64,000 bases of DNA, taken from Octopus vulgaris. Taxonomy: Eukaryota. The stretch is taken from assembly GCA_951406725.2 (NCBI GenBank), contig OX597825.1, forward strand, positions 83,204,001 through 83,268,000, in the 5' to 3' direction. The translations under genes and the position numbers were made by a program. The notes beneath the pieces were generated by a model. The model was not told the origin of the DNA. It ran no database searches and saw only the letters and a list, made by a program, of their open reading frames with translations. Positions 1-12,500 of this stretch are shown in pieces (position 1 is the first letter of the stretch; each line of letters begins with the position of its first letter).

Positions 1-210
1 AATTTCAGAATATCAAGTGAAGTGTGTGAGTGCCTGCAATATTCCCAGGTGGATACACAGAATCTGCAAAACAAGCTGACGCACACAAATTGATTTATGC
101 ACCCAAACACATTCACAAACAATCATATGCAAGCAAACACACACAGACACACATAGATACACACATACACGCACAAACGATACACATGCAAGACACGCAT
201 AGACATTTCT

Positions 211-243
<33 letters not shown>

Positions 244-473
244 AAGTTAAATTTTCTTAAGCACCTTCAGGGTCACGTCAAAATCAATGATACCACTACG
301 TACCTATATAATTATATAACTTTATATAAAATACTACTATATATACATATATATGTAGATGCTTGTATTTTCATGCAGTTCCTATTTGTATGTATATAAC
401 ATATATGCAATATATATATATATATGTATGTGTGTTTGTGTATATGTATGCATATATATATATATATATATAT

Positions 474-554
474 GATTTAAGAATGCGGTTTATCTGCAAG
501 GTATAAGGGTATATATATACATACATACATACATATCTCTCTCTCTCTCTCTCG

Positions 555-590
<36 letters not shown>

Positions 591-595
591 GTATA
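474..595 (+). repeat. Copy 1 of a ~120-130 bp dispersed duplicate (copy 2 at 6729-6862)
   Basis: GATTTAAGAATGCGGTTTATCTGCAAGGTATAAGGG followed by (TACA)n-(TC)n-GC-(TC)n-(TA)n is present at both loci; a shorter diverged copy lies at 832-860. Confidence 0.85.
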
Positions 596-1111
596 TATAC
601 TTATGTATATATAGTGACAGGCATAGATGTATATATGTGAGCATGTGCTTAACTTATGCATATACAAATGCAAATATAACTGGTGTGACAAATGCGAGTG
701 CGTTTGTTCAATATATAATTTCTTGCAGTTGCTTTCCCGTTGTTATCTGCTTTTTTTTTCAATTCCTCCTTTACTGTTGTACTTTCGTATATTTTCCCAC
801 GAAACACTTAAACTCTACAGAATATGAATAGGATTTAAGACTGCGCTTTATCTGCAAGGTTCTTCATATCTCATAGTAATAGATGGATATCTATTTCACA
901 TATAATATATATATATATATAAGAAGTAGCGAATATATTGGAATTAGAATATGTGTCATGCGTTAAATAGATATTCATTACTTACAAGCCTCGTGTCTTT
1001 TTCGTGTTAATATGTAAATACATCAGGCATTTCGCATTTAATGTAGGAATATCAATGAAAATTGGATAGAATGGTTGTGTAGAGACGTATAAATAAATAC
1101 ACACAGATCAT

Positions 1112-1207
1112 GGCGCTCCGTCGGTTACGACGATGAGGGCTCCAGTCGATCCAATCAAGGGAACAGCCTGTTCGTGAAATTATCGTGCAAGTGGTTGAAC
1201 ACTCCAC
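1112..1207 (-). mobile_element. 3' fragment of SINE family A
   Basis: Reverse complement aligns by eye to 6047-6143 of the complete copy. Confidence 0.8.
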
Positions 1208-1430
1208 GCAAAACACTTTCAATACAGTAACCATAAGAGCATCACAACAAACCACAGCACATACCCAAGGTACACACAGCTGCGCTCGGTAGTGAAGTGA
1301 AAGCACGCTATAAAAATAAAACTACCCAATAAAAGTAATAATAATATTACTATTATTATTATTAATAATTATAGTAATAAATATCCCTTTGTCGTTATAT
1401 ATATATGTATCTGTGTATGTATATATACAG

Positions 1431-1498
<68 letters not shown>

Positions 1499-1565
1499 TT
1501 TACATATCGTTTACTTTGGCTGCATATACCTCAGGACACGATCGCATACATCCCGACCCTAAGGA

Positions 1566-1790
1566 AAGCCGGCGAGCTGGTAGAATCGTTAGCACACCTG
1601 GCGAAATACTTAGCAGCATTTCGTCTGTCTTTACGTTCTGGGTTCAAATTCCGCTGAAGTCGTCTTTGCCTTTCATTCTTTGGGGATCGATACATTAAGT
1701 GAAAGTCGATAAATTAAGTACTGGGGTCAATCTAATCGACTGGCCCCTTCTCCCCAAATTTCAGGCCTTGTGCCTATAAAAGAAAGGATT
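1566..1790 (+). mobile_element. SINE family B (tRNA head + Meta-like central domain), variant tail
   Basis: GGCGAGCTGGTAGAATCG (A-box like), GGTTCAAATTCC (B box), then GCCTTTCATTCTTTGGGGATCGAT. Confidence 0.8.
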
Positions 1791-1855
1791 AATACATACA
1801 AATCCTAACAATTTAAAACTACTCAGTTAATTTATCACAAGCACAGACGTGCATC

Positions 1856-2136
1856 TACTCTTTTACTTATTTACTTGTTCCAGTCATTTGGTTGCGGCCA
1901 TGCTGGAGCACCGCCTTTAGTCGAGCAAATCGACCCCAGTCATTTGGTTGCGGCCATGCTGGAGCACCGCCTTTAGTCGAGCAAATCGACCCCGGGACTT
2001 ATTTTTTGTCAGTCTAGTACTTATTCTATCGGTCTGTTTTGCCGAACCGCTAAGTTACGGGCATGTAAACAAACCAGCATCGGTTGTGAAGCGATGTTGG
2101 GTGGGGAGTACAAATACAGACACAAACATATATGCA

Positions 2137-2178
<42 letters not shown>

Positions 2179-2340
2179 CGACGGGTTTCTTTCAGTTTCC
2201 GTCTACCAAATCCACTCACAGGATTTTTAGTCGGCCCGAGGCTCTAGTAGAAGACACTTGCCCAAGATGCCACGCAGTGGTACTGAACTTTGAACCATGT
2301 GGTTCGTAATGAAGATACTTCCCACATAGCCACTCCTTGG
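1856..2340 (-). mobile_element. SINE family C (tRNA head + CORE-like domain, internal microsatellite, GAGTAAAA-type tail)
   Basis: Minus strand carries CTTGGGCAAGTGTCTT (CORE-like), internal (TA)n, and GGCGGTGCTCCAGCATGGCC tail; about 12 homologues in the window. Confidence 0.9.
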
Positions 2341-3921
2341 CATATATACATAAATATGTTATTTTCCTAATTATTTTATTATATTTCATTAAGTGTTTGT
2401 GTATGCGCGCGCGTACGTGTGTATGTGTGTGCGTGTGTGTGGTTATAAATTAGGAATCACGACTCTTAGGGTACAGGAAAAATTTGAAATTATTCTTAAA
2501 TTTTGTAAGCGGCTCATATTTCATGACCGTGTATGCTTTTGTGAATTAATGTGAATAAGATACAGCAGTGTGTGAGTGGCTGTGTTGCTGCTGCTTGTTA
2601 GAAAACCGTGCGCTTTTGTGTAGTGTATTTCTCGGAGACTTATTTAAGTTATACCTGGACGTATATAAATCCATTCACAGAGACCGACCATCTGTTGCTT
2701 ACCCATCGTGCTCCCCCCCCCCCTAGATCTTCTATCTCCATATAATTCTGCAAACATTGACCACTGCTTTAATGTAATCGTTAATAACTTTTGTTGGTTT
2801 TGCTTCAAATGTAATTGATCAAGTCATTCTCTAGCCGTTGCTTAAATATATCGATTTTATTCAACCTACATCTGCTTTAGGCGACAAGTGGTGCTATCAC
2901 TTGTTAACAGACAACATAATCTCTGAGGACATTTTCGATAGCTTGGTGTGATATTTGGGTTAATTTTCATATAGCTGACATGTCCTTGCCTATTATTGAT
3001 CTTCGTATTGATCTGAGATAAATCAATCAGTGCTGTGATATTTTCTTACGATCTATTAATTTACTACAGTGTGTTGTATAAATCTCTTTCGAGACAACTG
3101 ATTATAAACGAATTTATGTCGAATGTATCAACAATCTGGCAGCGACTGAAACACGGATGACATGTTTTCGGGTGGGAGACGTCAACAGTTCTTATATCAG
3201 CCATTGATAATTAACATAAATCCTTCTGTGTCAGTTAATCTTTTAATTCTGTTAGTTTAAGTTTTGCCATTTGCTCTGTGTGAGATTGACAAGTTTAGAA
3301 GCCTAATCAACTTGACAGATTCAATCAAGATAGGTTAAACCAACATATATTTACACCGGCAGGCAAACTGATTTGTGAAACTTAATTCTCATTTGTTGGT
3401 TTCAATCGATTTTATAACCTCAAAATCGATAATGCAATTGAAACCAATCTCAATTACTTTAGTAATACAATGTATTTATTACATAAACCAGCTTCTAACT
3501 AACACTGTTAAAATAGTGTTTCTAATTAGAGTTATCCTCACAATATTACGTGATCTGTAAACTTAAGTCATCTTACCACTGTTCAGTGAATATTAGAATG
3601 TTTAATGTATCAATAATTATACAGTAAGGAAAGACATGTTTGGTTAACTTTGGACATTGTACACTACGTACATACGTTATTGGCGCAGGATCTATTATTG
3701 GCGTAGTTTAATTAGTTTTAATTATATATACACATATACAAAACCCCTTCCACCACATGTATAAGTACGAAAGTATGTAGCGTTTGTATGTATGTGCGCT
3801 TTTATATATATGATTGCGTACACATGTATATATTTATATAGCTAGATGCATACGAACATAATACATACGTAATTAGATAGATGGATAGGTAGCTAGATAG
3901 GGAGAAAGATAGATAGGTAAA

Positions 3922-3955
<34 letters not shown>

Positions 3956-4090
3956 TGCATATGTCTTTTTATAAGTTAATTTAGGCGTGGTTATACCAAG
4001 TTACTTTGAAAAATTACCGTTTCGGGTTCAAAATGGCATTAATATCGAACAGCCATATAGATGTGGCGATAAACACTAACCTCTGTCTCT

Positions 4091-4159
<69 letters not shown>

Positions 4160-4249
4160 TAACATTGTAAGGAGGTGCTTTACCATTCACTAACGTGCGC
4201 GCATGTGTGTGTTTATATATATATATATGTCTCTGTGAGTGTGTGTGTG

Positions 4250-4312
<63 letters not shown>

Positions 4313-4519
4313 AACAGGTGAGATCCAGAGATTCTAAGTATAGAAGTCACTTAGTAACACTCAAATGATCCAGACTCCGAAGTTTTTACCGGGGATCAAT
4401 TTTGCGGGCTAAAGAAAGGCTATAAAAGGGATCAAGTTGAGCAATATGGATGCAATTATGCGGATAAACACATGAAATATATTATATATAACAATTTGGG
4501 TATAAACTGCAAATTATGC

Positions 4520-5340
4520 ATTCCTGTATACATGTAAAACGAGAGAAAGCAAACAGTGGAGACTCTCAGACGATTGATATTTGAGTATAAATATATAGGT
4601 GTGTAGATATTTTAGACTAATCGATCAAACTTACACAGAGTACAAGCGACTTTCTACGTACCTTAGTAATCCCACTCTGCTGCCGAATTAGACATTTGCC
4701 CTTCGTTAAGTAATTGCCATCCCTTTCTCTCTATCTCAACTTCTAATAATTCTATATCGAATATCCCTAAATTTTGACACCCATTCACACACTCAACAAC
4801 AGCCCTCCAATTAATACTTCTCTACCCTTCCCATTCATCTCCCAACTTTCCGCCTCTACTACCACCTCTATTAATACCCTCATTATGAAACCCCTCCTTG
4901 TTCCTGAAGTAGCTGTTTGAATCCTCTCATCATTCCCTGTTTTAACATTTCCATATCCCCAACGACCTCTAAAACTGCATCATCCCCATACGTAATCATT
5001 CCAGCTTTGAAATTCTCTGCACTAATAGTTGAAATGTAAGATCTTGTCTACCCTGATGACGGAGGCTTGATTTACCCAACATTGATTACTTCTATTATAG
5101 CTTACATGTTGTGATGAACTACATCTGCCAACATCATGATATATCTCCGAGCCCCCAGAAACAGCTGTTGTCCTTGTAACACCTTACTTTCGTCTCTTTA
5201 ATTTTCTCTGTTGTTTTCATTTTATTTAAGTTGGATTTTTTAATATAAATATCTATAAATCTATTTTTATGCTCAAATATCCATCGTCTGAATGACTCCA
5301 TTCTTCGATTTCTCTAATTTTGCTTGTATGCATATAGAAA
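4520..5340 (+). mobile_element. Degenerate Penelope-like element end with inverted partial repeat and hammerhead-like motif
   Basis: 4520-4592 is an imperfect inverted repeat of 5262-5340; CTGATGA (5053) ... GAAACAGCTGT (5158) with palindromic stem III. Confidence 0.5.
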
Positions 5341-5764
5341 CCAGTATATAGAAGCGGTAGACGCACTGGCCAAGCCCGCGCAGATCAAGCAAGACATGTA
5401 GAAATGCTTAATTAATAGTATCATTTGTTCAGACCCCCATTGGTGCAATCTCTAACACGGGCTCCAGGCTCAAAAAGATGAACTCTTGAATTAACGCTGG
5501 CGGATCTGTCTTTATTTTCTATGATTCCCCCTACCTGTATATTTTAATATATAATCGATAGTTTAAAAGTATAATCACTATAGATTGTATTGTAAACATC
5601 CAGTACAATTCTATTTTAATAAAACTAAAAAATTGTATATGATCATTAACTAAAACATCCATCTATTCCAAAGGATTTCCTTGTTTGCCTCCAATAAATT
5701 TCACACATCAAGTGATGTAGACATGATGACATGATTTAATGCTACTCGGTTTAAACAGTGATAA

Positions 5765-6150
5765 GGAGGCGCAATGGCCCAATGGTTAGGGCAGCGGACT
5801 CGCGGTCGTAGGATCGCGGTTTCGATTCCCAGACCGGGCGTTGTGAGTGTTTATTGAGCGAAAACACCTAAATCTCCACGAGGCTCCGGCAGGGGATGGT
5901 GGTGATCCCTGCTGTACTCTTTCCCCACAACTTTCTCTCACTCTTACTTCCTGTTTCTGTTGTACCTGTATTTCAAAGGGCCGGCCTTGTCACTCTCTGT
6001 GTCACGCTGAATATCCCCGAGAACTACGTTAAGGGTACACGTGTCTGTGGAGTGCTCAGCCACTTACATGTTAATTTCACGAGCAGGCTGTTCCTTTGAT
6101 TCGGATCAACCGGAATCCTCATCGTCGTAACCGACGGAGTGCTTCCACAC
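5765..6150 (+). mobile_element. Complete tRNA-derived SINE, family A
   Basis: A box TGGCCCAATGG, B-box-like GGTTTCGATTCCC, perfect 12-bp TSD AAACAGTGATAA at 5753-5764 and 6151-6162; near-identical copy at 33858-34210. Confidence 0.95.
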
Positions 6151-6661
6151 AAACAGTGATAACCTGTCTGAAAATTTTTATATGAAGCGGAGTGCCTTGC
6201 GTAGATTTTAATAGTCTGGCATAGTTTTATTTTCAATAAAGTTTGAGTAGATACTTAAGAATTTTGCCAAAGTTTGTGTAATGTAATACTTTGTTTATAT
6301 TTACAAAGAATAAATGTGTAGGTTTTAGCTGAACTAAGATTTCTGATGCACAAATATGTCTGGAAAAACGTCGTATGGTGGGGCTTTGAGGTGTTATGGC
6401 TCTTGTTTGTGTGTAGAGGTATGTATGTGTATGAGTTACTCTGTGTGTGTATGTGTGTGTGTGTATGAGTGTGCGTGCGTGCGTCAGCTTGTGTGCGAAT
6501 GTGAGAACTTGTCTCCTTTCTTGGAGAACGGATATCGAGTAGGTTTAATTCCGATGCTAAGCAACACATCTGATTAGAATCTTTTAATCATTTCAAGTGT
6601 AAGGACACAGTCATTATCAGCCCACTTTACATACGTGGACGCTGGAACTGACACACACCCC

Positions 6662-6728
<67 letters not shown>

Positions 6729-6808
6729 GATTTAAGAATGCGGTTTATCTGCAAGGTATAAGGGTATATATATACATACATACATACATATACATACATC
6801 TCTCTCTC

Positions 6809-6859
<51 letters not shown>

Positions 6860-6862
6860 GTA
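6729..6862 (+). repeat. Copy 2 of the dispersed duplicate at 474-595
   Basis: Same unique head and same compound microsatellite, including the GC interruption in the TC tract. Confidence 0.85.
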
Positions 6863-6888
6863 TGTGTATCTAATTTCATTGTTTACGC

Positions 6889-6959
<71 letters not shown>

Positions 6960-7449
6960 AGAGGGGTGTTATTACAGCTGCTCCATTTTTCTCAATGTAC
7001 GGATAAAACGTAGATTGTATATGTTTGAAGGTCTCTTAAGTAGGTTTACGAATATATCATACCACGATACTGCTTGGACAGCATTATCCGTCGACAAGTC
7101 TCCGATATCAAACGAAGTGCTAAACGTCTATGGTATGCCAATCAGGAGTTCCGATTCGCTGAAACTACTAGGTTTGAAGAGGAATTAAACAGAATGGCTT
7201 TTGTTGTAATTTAAGGCTGAGACTCCAGCACGAGCCGAAAATAGATCAAGATACGTACGTATGTGTTTCAATAATCAGAGACAAAGGTAAAATTGTCATG
7301 TTTTTATGCCACCTACGTATATACAATTTTAACATTTGATATTATTTTTAGAGCAGATGTTAAGTCAAATATTGAAGTGTTTCCAACACGTCTAATATAA
7401 AGTTTCCAATTTTGGTACAAATTAATTAATTTCAGGTGAGACAGGGTGT

Positions 7450-7960
7450 TAATCGATTGCACCACCGGCACTTGACCGGTACTTAGATTATCGGCTCCGA
7501 AAGGATGAATGACAAAGTGGACCCTCGGTGGAATTTGAACTCAGAACATATAATGCCGAAATAAAAGCTGCCAATTTTCCCCAAGACTGGGAATTTCAGC
7601 TTGAGCAAATAAATCGATTAGATAGACACCAATACCTGACTGGTATTTATTTTAATTGGTCCTGGAAGGAAGAAAAGTAAAAAAAGTTTTTGGCGAAATT
7701 TGAACTCAGAATGTCAAGAGCCGGAGGAAGTATCGCTATACATTTTGACCAAACGATTCTTCTAGCATGCTGCTTCAATACTGCCATAATATTGGCTTCA
7801 AAATTCGGCACAGGGCCAGCACTTTCGGGAGAGGGGTAAGTCGAATACATCGAGCCCATAATTCAACTGATACTATTTTATCGTCTCCATTTGAACTCAG
7901 AATGTAAATATCTCCAAAACGCCGCTAAGCATCTTACTTGTTGCGCTAAAGTTTCTACTG
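7450..7960 (-). mobile_element. Cluster of three degenerate family B SINE pieces
   Basis: Three occurrences of ATTTGAACTCAGAA (reverse-complement B box), each with diverged Meta-like domain residues. Confidence 0.65.
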
Positions 7961-8109
7961 GGTGCCTGCATTTAATATGTCTATAATATGCCAAACTTCA
8001 GTTTTCTGACAAAATGTTTCATCGGTGGTTCACCTGGTTATACAGGTATGTTTTGCTGCTGCTATCTCTACTTCCAATACAAGTCGTAAAGCCGCTACTG
8101 CTGCTGCTG

Positions 8110-8674
8110 TCTTCTTCTTCTTCTTCTTCTTCTTCTTCTTCTTCTTCTTCTTCTTCTTCTTCTTCTTCTTCTTCTTCTTCTTCTTCTTCTTGTTCCAATG
8201 AGGACTCACGCCAGTACCCAAAAAAGAATAATCTCTAATTCGAGCCTACTCTAAGCTACTAAGAATGCGTGTGGCAACTTGAAGATCCACCCACCACATG
8301 CGATAGACTGGCAGTTGCACGGGCACGAAAGCTACGTTGTTATCCTCATTCTTTAAACGGTGGCTTTTAACGGGTGGAGAGCTGAACCATCCTGGGGTAC
8401 AGAGGATTCGCAATCTAGACTAGGGTCTGAAAGTTTACCACACCATAGTGGGTTACACCATGGTTCCTCTTCTTTGTGGCAGAAGTAGGAAAAAAGAGTG
8501 AGAAAAATTTGTGGTGGAAGAGTACAGAGGGGTTCACCACCACCACCCGCCGGAGCATCGCAGATCTTATGTGTTTTTGCTCAATAAACACTCGCAATGC
8601 CCAGTCTGGGAATCGAAACCGCGTTCTTACGACCGCGAGTCCGCTGCCCTAACCACTGGGCCATCGCACCTCCA
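8110..8674 (-). mobile_element. SINE with family A head but a different 3' body ending in (GAA)n
   Basis: 8480-8674 reverse complement matches 5765-5960; 8191-8470 is unrelated to the family A tail and ends in the (GAA)n tract 8110-8191. Confidence 0.7.
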
Positions 8675-9589
8675 CTGTTCCTGCTGCTGTTGTTGTTGTT
8701 TAACCAGAAATCAGTTCAACGCTGTTCGAATTTATCCCTGTGAGGTCAATTATCACCCACCCCCTCTCCTGCGCCATTATTTCTTTCCACAGGTATCTAG
8801 GACTACATTATGCGATGTGTCCTTTCTTTAGCTTCTTGGTTATTTTTTGAAGTGATTAGATGGAGGTTTAGCTATTATTTCCTCCAACCACATATTTATA
8901 GCAAACACCTAGTCTCTTGTTTGCTGTTTTATTTTATGTGTATTTACGTCTTTAAATATAAAAGCTTAAATCCATCTAGTTTTTAATATTACTAAAAGCT
9001 TCATTCAGAAAATAAATATTTACATGAAATAAATGTTGACATAAACAAGGTTCTTTTTATAGGAATTCATATTTTATAAACCATGTATCAAAAGAAGAAA
9101 AATGTTTATAGCTTTCTCTGTATGTAAATCGATGGCTATAAATACGGTCGTATATACACACAATAAATACATATACATAGGGCCACTAATATAAAAATGT
9201 TCGATTTCACATCGATATTAACTTAAATATGCATGTAAATATCGATATATAAGCTTTTATATGTGCCCACACACTCACAAAAATCTACATACGCTCAGTT
9301 AAATGCTTAAGAAAGAAACCTAAACTTGCATACGTTTCGGTACATCAGCACATAAATTAAGCAAGCCAAATGGAAACCTGTAACTAACTCAGCGAAATAT
9401 ATATGATCTCGATTTGTGCGAGCACACACACATACCTACATACACACGCACACACACATAAACACACAAACACGTTAGAGAAACAATCAGGTTAGAGTTT
9501 GCTGTCCTTTATTATTGATTAGTTTTTATGTGTCCTTAATTGTTCTTTATGTCTAGCTTGGACATTAGAGTTCCTTAATCCACTACACC

Positions 9590-10560
9590 ATTAACGTTTC
9601 GAAGCTATCTCAGCTTCATCTGCGAATAAAAATGATTCTGGAAATACCTTTTAGGTGGGTTTTGCATTGAGTCACAAACAATCATAATTTGAAATTCTGC
9701 AATAAAATCCGATAGCTTTCGTTTCGTACTTCACCTCACGTGCGTTGTATCTGAGTTCATTCTCCTGTTGGCAAGGCCGCCACAATCCCTCTCCTTAACT
9801 TCGAGGTAGTCTATATAAAATTGCTGTTTCGTTAGATATAGCTGTTTTGTCTCTATTTTTGTTGCATATCATTTATTACCGTGTGTTGCGATGGCGCCTT
9901 GCGGTAGACGCATGGTCAATTGCCGTAGCTGTGTTTTTTTTGTATGACCAATGTGGCAAATTCATTCAAGGATTATACAACTTTTACGTTTGTATTGGAG
10001 TTTATATATTATATTAAGTTTAGGTGAGTTCTGTTGATTCCTAATCTGTTGCCTAGTGACACTGTGTAGGGATTTTCAATGAAAAGAATTTTGTAATATA
10101 CTCTAGCATTCCATTTATAAGTTTGATAGTGTGGTGCTTTGTGGGATCTATAATTATATGCTCTTTCATTCTGAAACCAAAGTGCATCTAGTTTTTGTAA
10201 TCAGTAATATGTATCGGTATTCAAGTGGTAACACATCTGAGAGAATTCGCCCAATCAAATGTTATATGGAGCTGTCTAATAATTAATTGGTTAATCTTTG
10301 TTGAGTAATGTTTGTCTTTATACGCTTCGTTTCTTTTGTGTATCCCTGATAAATGAGTATCTAATAGCTCGCCCGAGAAGGGATTTGATTATGATATCTA
10401 AGCAGACGTTCATTATCACTTTGCTGCTTTGACACATACTGAGTTGCTGCATATATACCTTTTATGCTATGACTATAATCACGAATGGCATGATGTTACA
10501 AAAGAATTCATATTAGAATCTTATCGGAATGTGAATGTAAGTATAAACATCTGTTACTGA
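9590..10560 (-). mobile_element. Penelope-like element remnant (RT C-terminus/thumb, GIY-YIG, hammerhead-like end)
   Basis: Minus-strand fragments IIKSLLGRAIR...KETKRIK/QTLLN (10290-10393) and HIGHT (~9942-9956, YIG-like), followed by CAGATGA-AGCT-GAGAT-AGCT-TC-GAAACGTT (9593-9622); many stops and frameshifts. Confidence 0.65.
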
Positions 10561-11259
10561 TGATTTTTAATTCTAATAGTCTATTAACCTTTACAGGTCA
10601 CAGAAATTTCCTTTGTCAATATAGAAAGAGACAAACTAAAGAATTTAGACCAGTGTTCAACTTGTCCAGTTTTCACATTCTAAACAGGTTAAGTCTTTTC
10701 GCCAAACAAGCCAAGTGTTCTATATAGAGTTTTAATTATACTCAGTGTTTAGTACTTGTGTTCAGTTTTTAATCTGTCCAGTTTTTTACCTGTCAAGTTT
10801 TCACGTTTTAATTCTGTCCAATATTTGAACTGTCTATGGTCCAGTATTTCATTTTGCCAAGTGTCTTATCTTATAAAGTCAACATAATTTATATATATGG
10901 CTCGAGTCAGGAGACAACAGCCACACAGTCCCTTCACCTCTTATGGACATTTTTCAGATAGAATCCCTAATCAAATGTTCTGTGATTGGAAAGAATATCA
11001 GTTTCTAGAAATATTGTAATTGTATTCCACCGTTTTAATTTAAAGCGAAAATGGCATCTTTCTGCCGAGAGTTAGGGTGTCATACACCAAAACGTCGTTC
11101 TTGTTTTCAACGATGGTTCGTGGGATGTAGAGTACTACTTAAAAGAATGTCAGTTTGAAGAATGTCTTCTGGAAGACCAAGGGCACTCAAAAGATTCGGT
11201 GTCGTTGACATAAGCACAAGAACAAAATAGAAAACGTAAGAGCTGAGAGAAACGTCATC

Positions 11260-11332
11260 ACGCCGGGCGAAATGCGTAGCCGTATTTCGTCTGCCGTTAC
11301 GTTCTGAGTTCAAATTCTGCCGAGGTCAGTGA
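11260..11332 (+). mobile_element. Family B SINE head fragment
   Basis: CGCCGGGCGAAATGCGTAGCCGTATTTCGTCTGCCGTTACGTTCTGAGTTCAAATTC. Confidence 0.8.
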
Positions 11333-12179
11333 CTTTCAAAGGGCTGAGTGGTAGTCATGTCTGGAATACTTATAGAATAACTCCAGCAGGATTGTTCCGG
11401 TAGTAGCAACTTTGTTGGATGATAGAAAAACAGAAAGGACTGAAATGGTAGCAGTTTCATAAATATATACGGTAGGGACTGCGCTGGACTCACATAAATA
11501 ATGGCCAGCGATGCGCCCATCTCCGATGTTACTTTTGTATAAACCTGTTCCGATTATTATCTGATAATCGACTTAATTTTAGATAAAATTGTATCTATAT
11601 GATCGATGAATATAAATTCACTTTAAATAACCAAATGGTTGAGTATTTGGATATTTAAAAAAAAATACAAATTGGTTTCAAATTTTAAAAACTTGAGAAC
11701 ATACAATTCCAAGCATTTATATATCTATAATCTGAATATGTTTATCTTCAGTTTAGTAAATATATTTATAAGATTGTCTGAAATTTCGTGAATATCTGAA
11801 TATGTTTATCTTCAATTTAGCAAATAAATAACTAAGCCTACTTTCAATTTAATAAATTTAAGCCTCTATTGAAATTTAGAAGTAGGTAAACAGTCTGTAT
11901 TTGGATAATGACAATACAATTATGTAGAACGCTTATAATATTAGTGAATTGATCATTTGCATTTTGAATTTGGAATTGTATTGTTATTCTATATCTCCTT
12001 TGCCATCCGCTTGTTAATGTTTACAACTAATCCATTTAACTTTTCAAAATATTTAAATGGCGTTGAAAATGCATTTGACATGACGATATCCAACTAAACC
12101 CGTGAGCATTGCTAAAAATTTGATTCCAAGTTTTAACTGGTATCAGGCCCTTTTGGTAACTCTAAAGAGTCTCTTGAAA

Positions 12180-12500
12180 ACGAGAGTCGACTGAATAGTT
12201 CATAGGCTGACAACGATACTCTCATGGAATTTGACCAAATGTGGTTTCGCTTTCAATACCGTCCACACACTCCTTCCTTTGACGTTGCAGCACTTGAATG
12301 TCATCGGTGAAGAAGCTGTATTGTCATTGGTTAAAAAATGTCCTCAACAGCAAAGTGGACGTCGTCATCACTGTGTTACCAGTTCACAACCAACGGTCTG
12401 TTCATATTGAGGAGCAACAGTTGATAGTAAGGTGGGATCAAATCAAGTTCATAGGGAGGACGGTCAACCTGTTCTAAGCCGCAGAATTGCACAGCAAAGT
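12180..12500 (-). mobile_element. Degenerate mariner-like fragment
   Basis: Mariner-like terminus ACGAGAGTCGACTGAATAGTTCATAGGCTGAC; minus strand reads DRPPYELDLIP, resembling the HPPYSPDLAP motif. Confidence 0.55.

Noticed and set aside
5765-5840. tRNA gene
   Set aside because: No proper acceptor stem or terminator; it continues into a SINE body with a TSD and has other copies
5847-6099. Apparently conserved 61/67-aa ORFs repeated at 33905-34157
   Set aside because: Similarity is explained by two young copies of the same SINE
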